In this document: piece by piece, positions 24,303 through 37,820 of the stretch
Layout: every line of letters begins with the position of its first letter
Position numbering within the stretch: the first letter of the stretch is position 1
Assembly (NCBI RefSeq): GCF_001194135.2
Contig: NC_068993.1
Location: forward strand, 16,855,548 to 16,919,547
DNA length: 64,000 bases
Direction: 5' to 3'
From: Octopus bimaculoides
Lineage: Eukaryota
Notes under the pieces: generated by a model
Told to the model about the DNA's origin: nothing
Seen by the model: the letters and a program-made list of their open reading frames with translations, nothing else
The model's database searches: none
Made by a program: the position numbers and the translations under genes

Positions 24303-25220
24303 TTAAGTTGAATTGATATGTATTATCTATTACATTTTTGTTCTGATGGTGATGCTTTGCATAAAATCAGTATTAAGAACATTTACAGTAAGCAGTCAAA
24401 TCGCATTCCTCTGTATCCTGGCATTTATTCCACTCCAGTTCAGGGTACACTAATATTCAAATTGATGCAACCAAGATATTGCTCAAATCGATGTGTTGCT
24501 CCATCTGACACTGGAGACCTATCCCTATCAATTATATCCTGAAGACCCTGTTTCCCACTTCTAAAAGACGAATGATAAGAGGTAGAATTTGGACTCAGAA
24601 TACATGCTACAAGGCAGTTTGTCTGATACCCTCGCAGCTCTGAGAATGCATTGCCTTTGTCAAATCTCATGTTACTGTCTTTAAAATGAAGACCATGAGT
24701 TGCAAATCCTAAATTTTAGAACAGCTTATCTCCTAAGTAATGGTCACTGACAGAATAAGTATTAAGAGATTGTTTGATCAGCTACCTCTTGTCGTAGGTC
24801 TGTACCAGAAGAGCTGCTTAGCACCATAACATTAGTAGCAACAAAAGAACAAAATGATAAAAGTATAGCAGCACAATTTTTGTCCTTAATAAGTTAAAAG
24901 AAGGGTAGCCACCACAATCTTTGCACCACTCTACCGTTGCTGAAATTCATGCTATTGATGTACAGGTTGTATTTTCATGATTTAATCTGGACAGGAAAAA
25001 GATTCTGAACAGTTATAGCTCTCAGGAGAAATTTTTTAGTGACATATTTGCTTCAAGGTCTGAGGAATATTGCAAAACCGTAAAGATTGAGAAGATTAAG
25101 GTAGGGAAAGACAAAGGTAATATCTAGTTGCTGGTAATTGCGGTAGAAGAGGCAGGAAAAAAAAATACATCAATATGTCAGATATATTCTGTTTTGTGTG
25201 TCATCCAAAAATAGTCTTAA

Positions 25221-25440
25221 CCCTTTAGCATTTAAACTGGCTGCATCAGGCCAAAATATTCTACCTGTTTTATGCTAGTACAGACTAGATCCAACCTCTT
25301 ACACCTGCCCTGCAATGACTTTCTAAAAATAAACAATCACATCATCAAAATCTAGAAGCTATGAGATAATGCATAATTAATTCAAGACAAGGTGAATAAA
25401 TTAGCATTACATTTGACAAAGTAATCTAAATGCTAAAGAG
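25221..25440. mobile_element. piggyBac-like MITE, complete
   Basis: TTAA|CCCTTTAGCATTTA ... TAAATGCTAAAGAG|TTAA. Confidence 0.9.
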
Positions 25441-25744
25441 TTAATGGAGCCAGTTACCATATGACTGTCAGGTGAATACAGTAAGAATAGTGGAGACTTT
25501 CTTTACGTTACAGCATCAGATTATATTCTTTAGCTGTTCTGAACTCAAATTATACCAGTGTCAGCTTTATCTTTTATTCCTCTGGGACTGATGAAGTAAT
25601 TATTCATAATATATTTATACCCTTTTCCTACAATGATAAGTCCCTGAACCCAGACAAAATACATCAATTTAGCATTATATGATTATCACAGTGGGATCAT
25701 GAATCAAATATTGAATTATTTCAGTGAGAACTATATTCATATTG

Positions 25745-25920
25745 TTATTGTTTAACCCCAGGCCTAACCTGAATAGGCTGATCTATGGGCAAAGGCATTC
25801 AAGTTATGAGCATAGTAATAAAATCTATATTGCATTAGCCAATGTTGATAGTAAGAGGATTTGTTTGCCATTTTTAGCTGGTCAAGAAACCACACCTTCA
25901 TGTTTGTGATGAATGACTAT
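25745..25920 (-). repeat. Family E repeat
   Basis: TTGTTTAACCCCAGG..CTATG.GCAAAGGCATTC motif. Confidence 0.5.
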
Positions 25921-26149
25921 TTGAAGAATAGTTCCAAATGTATCTTATGAGTTGCTTAATATTTTATGACTAATTGCTTGGATAATCTCAGTTGATTGAA
26001 GTTTATCAACTCACTAAATTACATATGTGAAAACCTACTGTATGTATTTGTACTTAATATACAGGACACTCCCCTAGAGGACTTTCTTTTAACCATATTA
26101 TTGATATTTATCATCAGCATCACTCCATTCTCTCTATTTCAACATCTGT

Positions 26150-26250
26150 AGGTGCAGGGATGGCTGTGTACATAAGAAGTTCACTTCCCAACCACATGGC
26201 TTCAAGTTCAGTTCTGCTGCATGCCACCTTGTGAATATGTCTTCTTATCA
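26150..26250 (+). mobile_element. SINE family A head
   Basis: GGATGGCTGTGT..TTCCCAACCACATGG..GCCACCTTG. Confidence 0.7.
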
Positions 26251-26490
26251 TCATCATCATCATCATCATCAACATCATCGTTTAACGTCCGCTTTCCATG
26301 CTAGCATGGGTTGGACGATTTGACTGAGGACTGGTGAAACCAGATGGTTGCACCAGTCTCCAATCTGATTTGGCAGAGTTTCTACAGCTGGATGCCCTTC
26401 CTAATGCCAACCACTCCGAGAGTGTAGTGGGTGCTTTTACGTGCCACCAGCACGAAGGCAAGTCAGGTGGTACTGGCAACTCTGGACCTG
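26250..26490 (-). mobile_element. RTE 3' tail with (GAT)n
   Basis: Very similar to 3541-3730. Confidence 0.9.
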
Positions 26491-26540
26491 ATTATGTATA
26501 TATGCATGTGCGTGTACATATGTATATAAAAATGTGTGTG

Positions 26541-26760
26541 TACATGTATGCAACAGAAGTTAAGTAGAAAATCCAGCAACAGTCTCTGATTAATTTTCAA
26601 CTGTTGCTAATTAAAGGACTAAACAAAAACTATGATATTTTTATGCAAATTTCCACATACAGTTATCAGCCTTTACCCCTTTTTTCCCATGTTTCAAATT
26701 TCAAAGTCTAAATCCTCATGCATATATTTTGACTGTATTAGAAATGGCATTCACAAAAAA
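26541..26760 (+). repeat. Unclassified ~215-bp block, copy 2
   Basis: Aligns with 17845-18060. Confidence 0.85.
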
Positions 26761-27125
26761 TGTGAGTGGATTTGGCAGAAGGAAATTGAAAGAAGCTTAT
26801 TGTGTGTGAAGAGGGTGGGAGTGTTTGCGTGCATGTGTGTGTGTGTGTGTGTGTGTGGATGAGTGTTTATATCCCCTTGTTTTGATGTTAGGCTACAATA
26901 GTTGTGAAGCATGTATCATTATCATTCAAGCAGTGATATTTGTTCTCAATCTTCCATGAAAACATGTCCGGCCATGAGGAAACATTACTTCGCATAGAAA
27001 CAGATGAAGGTTGGCAGCAAGAAGAGCATCCAACCATAGAAAAGCTGCCTCAACAAACTCTATCTGACCCATGTGGGCATGGAAAAGTGGGCATCATCAT
27101 CATTATCATCATCATCATCATGAGG
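26761..27125 (+). mobile_element. SINE variant A2, 5'-truncated
   Basis: GTGAGTGGATTTGG body, CCATGAAAACATGTCCGGCCATG module and CCCATG..CATGGAAAAGTGG end. Confidence 0.75.
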
Positions 27126-28713
27126 AGGGGAAGAGAAGGACGACGATGATGAGGATTGATTATGCTTAGTCTTTGCTGAGTAAGAATATGATTTGCTGAG
27201 GTCCAACAAGATTGAAAAATATCCCTTGATTTAACCAACTGGCTTTAAAGACAAAAAACCCACTCACACTACACCATTTCTACATTTTCTACATTTTTCT
27301 AAAGATTTCATTTAAGTGCTTTTATTGGCAATATCTGGCTTGCATGTTGTTTTTAGATTTTTAAACATCCCTAGAGGGAGTTTCTGTCCACTAATTGCTT
27401 GAATAATCTGAGTTGATCGAAATCTTTTTCAACTCACTATATATTAGACATGTGAGCCTCAACCTTATTTGTATAGAGTATGCAGAATGCTCCCCTGGGG
27501 TATTTTCCCTCTTGCAGCCATGGTCTTAAAAGAAATAGACCGAAAATGGTGCGAAGATAGCAAAGAGAGAGAACAAAGATGTTAAGGAGAAGAAGTTGAG
27601 GAGAAAGAGAGATTGGCGGGGGTGGGGTGGGGTGGGGTGCAGGCATTGGGCCAGGGCAAGAAAAAGGTAATTGAGAATTTGAAAAATCTGAGATAATTGA
27701 ATGAAGTGAAGAGAGAATGATTAATCCTTATTATCACCTTTATCATCATTTTCCTCATCATCTTTATCACTGTCATCATTATCATCAGCATCACAATCAT
27801 TTTCTACTATCACAATCACCTCCATCATAATCGCCATCATCACAGTTATCATCACCATCACTATCATCACAATTCTAACAGTGCATTCAAAAATGCTAAC
27901 TGGAGTATGGAAATGGTTTTTTTTTGTTATTGTTGTTTTTTTTGTTTTTACTATTTATTTTTATTCTTTCTTTCTTTGAAATAGAATTGGAAAATGATAA
28001 GAATATCCCAAGTTCTCCATCTCTCCCTCTTCTTTTCTATCTATCTATCTGTCTGTGTATGTGTCTGTCTCTCTTTCGCTGTCTCTCTCTTTCGCTGTCT
28101 CTCTTAAATAACTAAGAGATTATACATATTTCAGGCTAGTTTCTAACTAAGATCCGTCCTATGAAAACACTGAATTCTGGCTAATGTAAAGATAATGTCG
28201 TGATGGTGATGGTGGCGACAGTGAAGGCGGCGGCGGTGGTGGCAGCGGCAGCAGTGGTTAATATTAAATGTGGTGCATTCAGTTTGTTGTTTATCACACC
28301 ACACAGCACTAACACAATGTCCAAGTTTACCAAATGCAATGCCTTGTTCTACTAAAACCATTATTTATCTCTATGAAATATCTTTCATCTTAAGTCTTCA
28401 AACAAATGACAGCTTTGTTTCAACTGTTGTTGTTCTTCTTCTTGCTTTACAACAACAACAACAAGTATAAAGACAAACTAAACAAATAATCAAAACAAAA
28501 ACAAATCTATTGCAATATTTTTTTTTTTTCATAATTTATTGCTTTATTTTTAGGGTTGTAGTTGTTGTTGTTGGTGGTGGTGATGGGGGTATTTCATGTA
28601 AATTGCAATTGAGATCTTAGAATCTTAGAATTCCATCTGCTGCAGGGATATGAACAGGAAATACACTAACACAGCAATTATAGAATATTAAACAAACAAA
28701 CACAACAAAAATT

Positions 28714-28756
<43 letters not shown>

Positions 28757-28985
28757 NNNNNNNNNNNNNNNNNNNNNNNNNNNNNNNNNNNNNNNNNNNN
28801 NNNNNNNNNNNNNNNNNNNNNNNNNNNNNNNNNNNNNNNNNNNNNNNNNNNNNNNNNNNNNNNNNNNNNNCATCTAATACTTATGGGATGATTATAGTGA
28901 TGGGAACCATTTCCTTCAATTTTCAATTGAGGATTTTGTGAATTAATTTGTTTTATAGAAGCAAAAGCAAGAGAATGTGTTTTTC

Positions 28986-29031
<46 letters not shown>

Positions 29032-29174
29032 TTTTAATGCTCTGTTGCTAGCGCTATATATTGGTTATTTGCTAACAGTTTGTTTTTGCTGTTGTTTAGT
29101 ACCAGGTCAACTCTGGTTGCTCAAACCTGTGATCAAAGGTGTTCCAACCAAGACAATCTGTCGTTCTTTGTCAA

Positions 29175-29490
29175 GCGTAGATGCGGGTGTGGGCTGTGTG
29201 ATTGAGAAAATTGCTTCCCAAGCAACATGGTTTCAGGTTCAGTCTCACTTTCTTTCTTTCTTTCTTTCCTTCCTTCTATTTTCCTTTCTTTCTTTCTTTC
29301 ATTCTTTTTTTCTTTCTTTCACTTGTTTCAGTCAGTAGACTTTGGCCATGCTGGGACACCACCTTCAAGAATTTTTAGTTAAATAAATCAACCCCAGTGC
29401 TTTCTTATTTTAAGCCTGGTACTTATTCTATCAGTTACTTTTGCCAAACTACTAAGTTACAGGGATGTAAACAAACCAACATGGATCATA
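29175..29490. mobile_element. SINE family A fragments (+ head at 29180-29250, - tail at 29315-29490)
   Basis: Motif matches to family A. Confidence 0.7.
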
Positions 29491-29589
29491 CTATGTGTTG
29501 CAACCATTTTAATCTTATCATTTGTTTTAACTTTTAGACACACTAACTTGTTATCTTATCCAAGAAAAGCCCTGGTTAAGCAGACCTAT

Positions 29590-29920
29590 CATCATCATTG
29601 AACACCTGTATTCCATGCTGGCCTGAGTTGGATGGCTTGATCGGAACTGGCAAGGTCAAGGGCTGCACCAGGCTCCATAGTCTATTTTAGCTTGGTTTCT
29701 GTGGCCAGATGCCCTTCCTAACACCAACCACTTTACAGAGCATACTGGGTGCTTTTTATGTGGCACCATCACTAGTGCTTTTTACATAGCACCAGTGCTT
29801 TTTATGTGGTGTCAGTCCCCACGCCAATGCTTTTTACATGCTACCTTGGTTTTAGGATCTCATTTCTGTTGTGGTGGGCAAGTCTTATTGAGTACAGCAA
29901 TACACCACATCTATAATCAC
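29590..29920 (-). mobile_element. RTE 3' UTR with four tandem GTGCTTTTTA(T/C)(G/A)T motifs
   Basis: GATGCCCTTCCTAACACCAACCAC motif. Repeats lie at about 29748-29845. Confidence 0.8.
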
Positions 29921-30687
29921 CTATAATCAAAGAAATTATGTTAATGATTAGCAATGATGATAATTTAAAAACTGGAGTAGTAAAAGTAATTAAATTGACC
30001 ACATAAGCCAACAAGGGCGCAGTCAATGACAAGATCTATGTGATCTCTTGACTTGTAATAAAAAGCAACAAAATCTCCCCTAAAAGCATACTCTACATTT
30101 TAAAAAAAGAAATGACATATTTTATAAGGTAGCCCTAAATGCATTACACCTAAAAATAAGATGGAATAATAGGCCCACTCAATCAGAGTGGACTTGGGAC
30201 TAAACAGTGTCATTATACAGAATCAAGCCATCACCATGAGATTTTGTGAAAGGACTATCCATAATTCCTACAATATACAATAGAGGGCTAAACATAACAT
30301 TTGGTATATTTTCAGAAACAATATACCACACTGTATCAGGATATCTCACATTATCTCCCCCAAAACATACTTGGAGATACAATGACAAAGCAGAAATTGT
30401 CTTCATATGCCATGCTATTAAATTTCACCTCCTTCGTGGAAAACCACTAATATTCATATGTTAAGAAACTCCAGCTGTCTTTAAAAACAACATTGTGAAG
30501 ATGCTGTGGAAAATTAGTGCTGAGACACACTACCGGATAGCACATCATTTTCCATGACAAAAATTCTGATAGTATTTTAATAATTGTCATGGCAATACTA
30601 AATCACTATAATGTACAGAAGCAAGGAAAAAAAGTTAAGGTATGACACTGACTTGGCTATTGAATTAAAAATGTATTATGGCTTTTA

Positions 30688-31125
30688 AGGAAATGTGCTG
30701 TGTGGTTGGAAAATTTGCTTCCTAACCATGTAGCCTCAGTTCAATTCTGCTATGTGGCACCTTGGGTAAATGTCTTCTAGTATAGCTCTGGATCAACCAA
30801 AGACTTGTGAATGGATTTGGTGGATGGAAACTGGAAGAAACCCATTGTGTATGTAAATACATATATGAATCTGTGTCTGTGTTTATTTGTGTGTACCTTG
30901 TCTTCAGATCATGTGATACTTGTAAATGAACATCACAAGTGATGCTGTTTGTTTCCAGTCTTCTGTGAAAAATATGTCTAGCTATGGAAAAATATTATCT
31001 TAACTGAAAACGGGTGAGAGGGTTGGTGACAGGAAGAGCATCTTGTTATTGAAAAATGTGACTCAAATTCTATCTAACCCATGCAAGCATGGAAAAGTGG
31101 ATGTTAAATGATGATGATGATGATC
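30688..31125 (+). mobile_element. SINE variant A2, full-length (A head + RTE tail (GAT)n)
   Basis: GCTGTGTGGTT head, GGCACCTTGGGTAAATGTCTTCT core-like motif, GGTTGGTGACAGGAAGAGCATC, and AACCCATGCAAGCATGGAAAAGTGGATGTTAAATGATGATG. Confidence 0.85.
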
Positions 31126-31959
31126 AATCATCCTATTTGTAATTGACACAACTGGAATGATACATAACTACATTTGCAAGCACAAACAGATTACCTGTAA
31201 TTATAGACATCAGGGATATTCCAGGGAATAGCAATACAAGGAAGTGTAAATATTACTGAGGCATTCTCATACGCCATTTGTTTAACCTTGAATATTTTTA
31301 TGCCTGTTTTCCAAGCTGTACTTAATTCTTGTTTTAAGAAAGATAAGTTTTGATGTATTTCTCAAACCATGAATAATAAAGGTAATAAAAATAATGATGA
31401 TGATAATGATAAAAACATCATTGAAAGCTAACGAGATAGTTTGTGTAAATTCCCTAGACTTGGAAATCTGCCAGAATTAAAAGACAATATAAACTAACAA
31501 GGTGCTATCAATCAATCAATCAATCTATCCATCCATCCATTCATCCATTCACAAACACTAACAATATATAATATTATCATAACTATCATCTGCACCATCA
31601 CTGTTTTCTTATCATGATATATATATGTGTGTGTTTATTTGTATGTATGTATGTATGTATATACATTTGTTCCTGTTTCACATGTCTGTAGACACAAGAA
31701 AACTTAAGCTTCCTTAAGATGTTCATTCATTTTCCTTCAATTTTAATTTCGTTTTTCTGAGCCATCATGGGATGAATTATTGATATACATTACTTTACAG
31801 CTAGATGCTCTTCATGTTGCCAACCTGTATTACAAGTAATGATCTCTCATACCATGCATCTTTGAAAGTGCAGAGCCAATGGATGATTTGTAGACAAAGA
31901 AATAACCAACTTCACTGTTTGCTGTTCTTGATAAGACACATCAAGCTAAGTAAGATCCC

Positions 31960-32225
31960 TGTCTTCCACATTTACAGGCTTGCCCTTTCAGGTGCCGGTG
32001 CCACATGCCAAGCACTCATACCAGTGCTATGCACTTGTGCCAGTGGCATATAAAATGCACCCAGCACACTCTGTAAAGTGGTTGGCATTAGAAAGGCCAT
32101 CCATCTGTAGAAACCATGCCACAACAGACAACTGGAGTCTGGACAGCTCCCAGCTGACCAGCTTCATGTCAAACCATCCAACCCATGCCAGCACGGAAAG
32201 CAGACATTAAACAATAAGGATATGA
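31960..32225 (+). mobile_element. RTE 3' tail
   Basis: GTGCCAGTGGCATATAAAATGCACC..GTGGTTGGCATTAGAAAGG..AACCCATGCCAGCACGGAAAG. Confidence 0.8.
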
Positions 32226-32786
32226 TGACTGCTGGCAGCACAGTACTTTTTTTATGCACACGCATATATGCACACACACACACACTCACACACACACAAT
32301 GTTTTTTGTACAGTTTCTATCTACCAGATTCATTCATAGAGCATTGGTTGGCCTGGGACTACAGTAGAAAACCTTTCCCCTGTGTGCCATGGAGCAGGAC
32401 TGAACCCAAAAGCCACATCATATAGGTGTGTGTGTGTGTCTTTGTATTTGTCTTTACACTACCTGACAACTAGTGTTGGTTTGTTTACATTCCCTGTAAC
32501 TTACCAGCTTGGCAAAAGAGACTAACAGAATAAGTACCAGACTTAATAAGTATGGGGGTCAATTTCTTCAGCTAAACGCTTCAAGGAAGGCTCCCAACAT
32601 GGCCCCAGTACAATGAGTGAAACAAGATAAAAGTATACATTAAATATACTTTTTTTGCAAGCGATTAACAATACAGACAAACAGTATCCACAGATACAAG
32701 TCAACAAGGAAGCCTCTCGATGCTCACTGATTCAACTAGAAATAACAGTCAAGGTGAGTCTAAAAAAAAAAATTGAAAAAATAGGC

Positions 32787-32948
32787 GTAGGAGTGGCTGT
32801 GTGGTAAGTAGCTTGCTTACCAACCACATGGTTCTGGGTTCAGTCCCACTGCGTGGCACCTTGGGTAAGTGTCTTCTACTATAGCCTCTGGCCAACCAAA
32901 GCCTTGTGAGTGGATTAGGTAGATGGAAACTGAAAGAAGCCCGTTGTA

Positions 32949-33029
<81 letters not shown>

Positions 33030-33260
33030 ATGTGTGTGTATATGTTTGTGTGTCTGTGTTTGTCTCCCCAACTTCGCTTGACAACCAATGCTAGTGTGTT
33101 TATGTCCCCGTAACTTAACGGTTTGGCAAAAGAGACTGATAGAATAAGTAGTAGGCTTACAAAGAATAAGTCCTGGGGTCGATTTGCTCGACTAAAGGTG
33201 GTGCTCCAGCATGGCCGCAGTCAAATGACTGAAATAAGTAAAAGTGTAAAAGAGTAAGAG
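32787..33260 (+). mobile_element. SINE family A, young and full-length
   Basis: All modules are intact. A long internal (TA)n(TG)n separates body and tail, followed by an (AAGAGT)-like tail. Confidence 0.93.
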
Positions 33261-33711
33261 TAATAGTTGTGAATGAAATACTTTTGGTTGTAAGTCTGCT
33301 CAGCCAAGGGTAACCAGAGACTAAACAACATCAGCTACTACACATGCCACCATTCAATAAAAAAAGAATAAATCAACAACAGAAAATTCATTAAAAGAAG
33401 AGCTTGCACAATGGACATATTTAACCAAAAAAGGGTGCCAAAATAGAGAGAGAGAGAGAGATAAGCACACACAAATAAATATTCCATACTACAGCAGACA
33501 CCAGGCATTTTATTTCAATTTCATGCAGCCACTGGCTTCTAGATCAGGGTGTTGGAAGGGTATAAAACAGAGCAGGATGGAATTAGAATTAAGAACCAGC
33601 CATTCTTTCTGTCAACAGGAAGTCTGACAAGAATAGCAGGCAATACTGACTTTTGAGAAAGAAATTCTGTCTGCTGATTGGTCATGATATAAGTAAGCCA
33701 AAGGGCCCAAG

Positions 33712-33764
<53 letters not shown>

Positions 33765-34159
33765 GTATCAATCTGGCAGTAAGAAAACTCAAGCTTAACA
33801 AATACAAAACCATCATACACGCACACATATACATTACAGATATGCAAATATATTCATATTTATACATTTACATATATTTGAACAGTCTGCACATTTAGTT
33901 AGAACATCAGTATGCTTACTTACTTACAGTAATAGCTATTTCTTATTGTGATGGCTTCAGGACAAATCTTTTTTTTTTTTTTTNNNNNNNNNNTTTTTTT
34001 TTTTTTTTTTACAACAACACTTACCAGCAGATAATAATTGCTAAATGATAACATTAAGCAGAGGTCATAACAATATATGGGCCTTTGATTGTAATGAGCA
34101 AATCATTTTTCATTTATTCAAGCAATAACTGATAACATTATCCTCCATGGTTTGTTCAT

Positions 34160-34191
<32 letters not shown>

Positions 34192-34663
34192 CAGGCCAAA
34201 CCATTGTGAGTGGATTTCATTGATGGAAAATGAAAGAAGCCTGTCACACACACTATCATCATCATCATCACCATCATCATTATTGTTTTGTTTCTATATA
34301 TACTGACATGTATTGGACAGTTCTGATCTCTCTACATTGGTTGAGAGACCTCATTTTGCTTGCATTTCATATTAGTATGGTATCTATCATTGCATGCTCT
34401 CCTAACACCAGTTACCCTACAGTGTGTAACAAGTGCCTTTTTTCATACCACCTACGCTAAAAGTCGTCATGTCCTCAACAAGACTAATAAGTCTTCACAG
34501 CTTCACATTGTACAGAGACCTCACATACCCATGTCTCTGCCCACTTGCCAGATTCATTACAGAACAAAAAGTCTGAATGACAGTGATGAGAAAGAGAGAG
34601 TTGGGGGAGAAGTGTGAAAGTGGGATGAGTTATGGTAGTACTCAGTACTGGTGTGAATATTAT

Positions 34664-34695
34664 ACTGACAGCATAATACAGTGATTAATAAAGGA

Positions 34696-34728
<33 letters not shown>

Positions 34729-35440
34729 NNNNNNNNNNAGGGAGAGAGAGAGAGAGAGAGAGAGAGAGTAGTATTGCAAGCATGGGTGCAGAAAGATTGA
34801 GACTGAGATGGCAGGGAGATGACACAAGTCTTTGTGATCCAAGGGGTTGGGTGATGACTGAGGGGGTAGCTGAGGTCCAGTATATGTAGGAGAAAAAGAA
34901 TGCTAGCAGAGTGACATGGGATGATGACAGAGAGTATAGAAAGTGCAGACAACTGTTGAGTGAACTGGGCACAAGTGGTCCAATGTAAGCTACCTACACA
35001 GAAGTGATGAGGGTAGAGGCATGGTAAATGGGAAGTAAGTGGGTCCTGTACTAGTGAGTGTCACGAAGGAGTGATGAGGAGAGGGTCAGAATAGGTGCAG
35101 TGTTACCATGTCTGGAAGTGATGTATGGTGAACAGAAGAGATCTGGTGCTTCTTCAATCACACTGGAGCACAGTAGAGTGGGAATTGAGGAGAAGAGGGA
35201 GTGATTGAGAGATGAGCAATAGATATGGGTAAAAATAATGCAATGTATATCAAACAGTCAATGAGCAATAAAGGGTATGGTAAGAGAATGCAATGTGTGG
35301 CAAACAGAAGAGAGACTCACTGCCCCTCTGAGTTATACTGACAGCATTATATAGTGATTGATAAAGGAAGGGAGAGAGAGAGAGAGAGAGAGAGAGTAGT
35401 ATTGGAAGCTTCGGTGCAGAAAGAAAATGCAAGAGAGATA
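34664..35440. repeat. Local duplication of a ~110-bp (GA)n-containing module (34664-34795 and 35333-35430)
   Basis: TATACTGACAGCAT..ATA.AGTGATT.ATAAAGGAAGG(GA)nGTAGTATTG.AAGC..GGTGCAGAAAG occurs twice. Confidence 0.8.
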
Positions 35441-35669
35441 AAAGTATGGGCAAAAAGAGACACATGTAATAGTGGTAATAATGGCAAGAGACATGTGAGT
35501 GATAGAGATATGTGATGCGAGGGATAAGAGATAGAGGAGCAAGTGATATGGATGTTAAGGAGGTGATAGGCTATCAAAGAGGTTAAAGACTGTAGGTAGA
35601 CCTACATGCATATACCTAGCAATGCATGCTTGCACACACACACACACACACACATTTTCACATCTGTTT

Positions 35670-36120
35670 ACCATGCCTGTGTGGATAATACAGTCCTTTG
35701 TCATCTCCTTCAAGAGGTGTAACATCTTCTCCACTTTGTCCCAAGTCTCTCTAATCACCCTCTTCCACAGGTTCCAGTTACTTCAAGCACACTGAACATC
35801 TTTATACAGTTGTCCTTCTGCACACCTGTCACATGTCCATACTAATTAGCCTTATCTCTCGTATACTACACCTGATTCCTTTTATGTTCAGTCTTTCTCT
35901 CAGCTCATTTATGTTTTCGTCATTCATGCACAGTATTACACATCATTCAGAGCATGTTCACTTCAGCTCTTTCTAGCCTTTGTAGGTCCTCTATGTTCAA
36001 GGTCTATGTGTCACTATCATGCATCACACTCAAGCATCATACAATCTGTCATTCATTCCTTGGGAGGGGCCTATTGTTGCCAAGCACCCTGAATGTTTTC
36101 CCAACTAGTTTTTACTCTTG
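35670..36120 (-). pseudogene. RTE LINE ORF2 C-terminal remnant
   Basis: Minus-strand frames give LNIEDLQRLERAEVNML, YGHVT, LEVTGTCGRG and ETWDKV..LLKEMTKD, which match the RTE C-terminus. Confidence 0.85.
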
Positions 36121-37502
36121 CTACTCACTACTAATTAGGTCCACTAGGTTGCAACCTATCAACTGCTTCCTGAGAATCACCTGGACATTTGATGGAGTTT
36201 ATTTTCCAAGTGTTCTTTGTACTTACGGTCTTTGTACAGCCTCTGTGTGTGTGTGTGTGGGGGGGGGTTGTTTACATTTGTGTTTCTCCAAAAATGTCTG
36301 GGTTACAAGTGGTGGCTTTGTTGTCATTTTTTTTGGTCAATAAATCATTCACTGGCTTTATGCCTTTAAAGACCTGCAGAATAAGTGATCTCACATTTGA
36401 CAACCAAGTAAGAGTTAAAGAAACAAAAGGCATCTAGTTGTAAAACAATGCTTCAATAATATATTTGCCTAACCATGCCAGCAATGGACAAACAGATGTA
36501 AAAACAAATGGATATTCATATATGTTAGTACACATATACACCAAAACTGCCAGCCTAATTAACACAGCAACATCTCCACATACGGTTCCACCAGCACCAC
36601 CACCACAATCATACACCTATTATGTCTCTGTAACACACTTATTTTAATCTCTAGTGATTTACTGTGGTTATATACTATTTCCCTTGAACATTTTGATAGC
36701 AAAGCCAGAACATTGATTCTAATAAGTGAATAATTTTTAATTTATTGTAAATAAAGTATTTGAGACATGCTAATTTTGATAACAGTAATTGTTTGATAAC
36801 ATCTATGATTATAACAGCTTCCTCTGTTTATGTACACACACACACACACACACACACACCACATTGTTTACATAAATTCACACTCACATAAACTAATGCT
36901 GTCAGCCACACCAACCAAACTTACCCCATCACTATCTCCACTCCTGCACTAACATATGATTCCACCTCCACTATCACCACCACATCTGCCATCCACATCC
37001 ACCATCACCATACACTTAACATATCTCTGTAGCTAGTGCACTTTTCTTTTGAAGTCTATAGTATTTATTGTTGTTCTGTAACAGTTTACTTAAAACTTTT
37101 TGATATCAATATCCACAGTTTTGATTGTAATAAAGGAATAATTTAAAATTTATTTTAATGTCTGGGGCCAGCTGGTTTTGATAACAATAAACATTTGATA
37201 ACATTATCAGCAATTATAATATGTAAATTCCACTGTGTGTACAAAAGAATACATGCTAGTCGCTTAAATGATGGCAGTTTTCTCATGTCTGAAGGTCTTG
37301 AAGAGCAGTACACTCTCAAATGACTATGTAAACCAATCCTTGGTGCTATAGGGTTTCCTTCCTGCCTGTGCTTAGTGACTTCAAAGTGAGAGTCTGTACA
37401 AACCAATTCTACTCTTTACACTTGGAAGTTTGACCGTTGTAGCTCATCAAGTTAAAGACAGTTATGATGACCACCAAGCTGTAGAACGGCCTTCACCTAG
37501 GT

Positions 37503-37820
37503 CAATAGTTCTCAACAGAGGTTCATATAAGATTTTGCGGAGTCCATACAAATACAATAGTAAATTGGGGGTGCAAAGAATATCTTAAGGGACCATGAAA
37601 AAATTTTGCTTTGGGGGTATTTATTTCAAGCAACAGCTGGGTTTCTTTCTCTAACATTTTACAGTTCAACCAACACAAGTGCATATGTGAAAAAGAAAAG
37701 AGGAATTTTGAAAGAAGGATCTATAAAACTAGTTTTTAAACATTGAATGGCTGTTGGGGTCCACCAGAGTAAAATAGTAATCAAAGGGCTCCATAGGTAA
37801 AAAATGGTTGAGAATTATTA
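37503..37820. mobile_element. hAT (Buster/Charlie-type) MITE with perfect 8-bp TSD
   Basis: TIR CAATAGTTCTCAAC / GTTGAGAATTATTA. TSD ACCTAGGT at 37495-37502 and 37821-37828 (central TA). Confidence 0.92.

Noticed and set aside
30240-30540. Possible LINE remnant (TWRYNDKAEIV resembles ITWRDKVTNAEV)
   Set aside because: A single weak motif with no further collinear matches.
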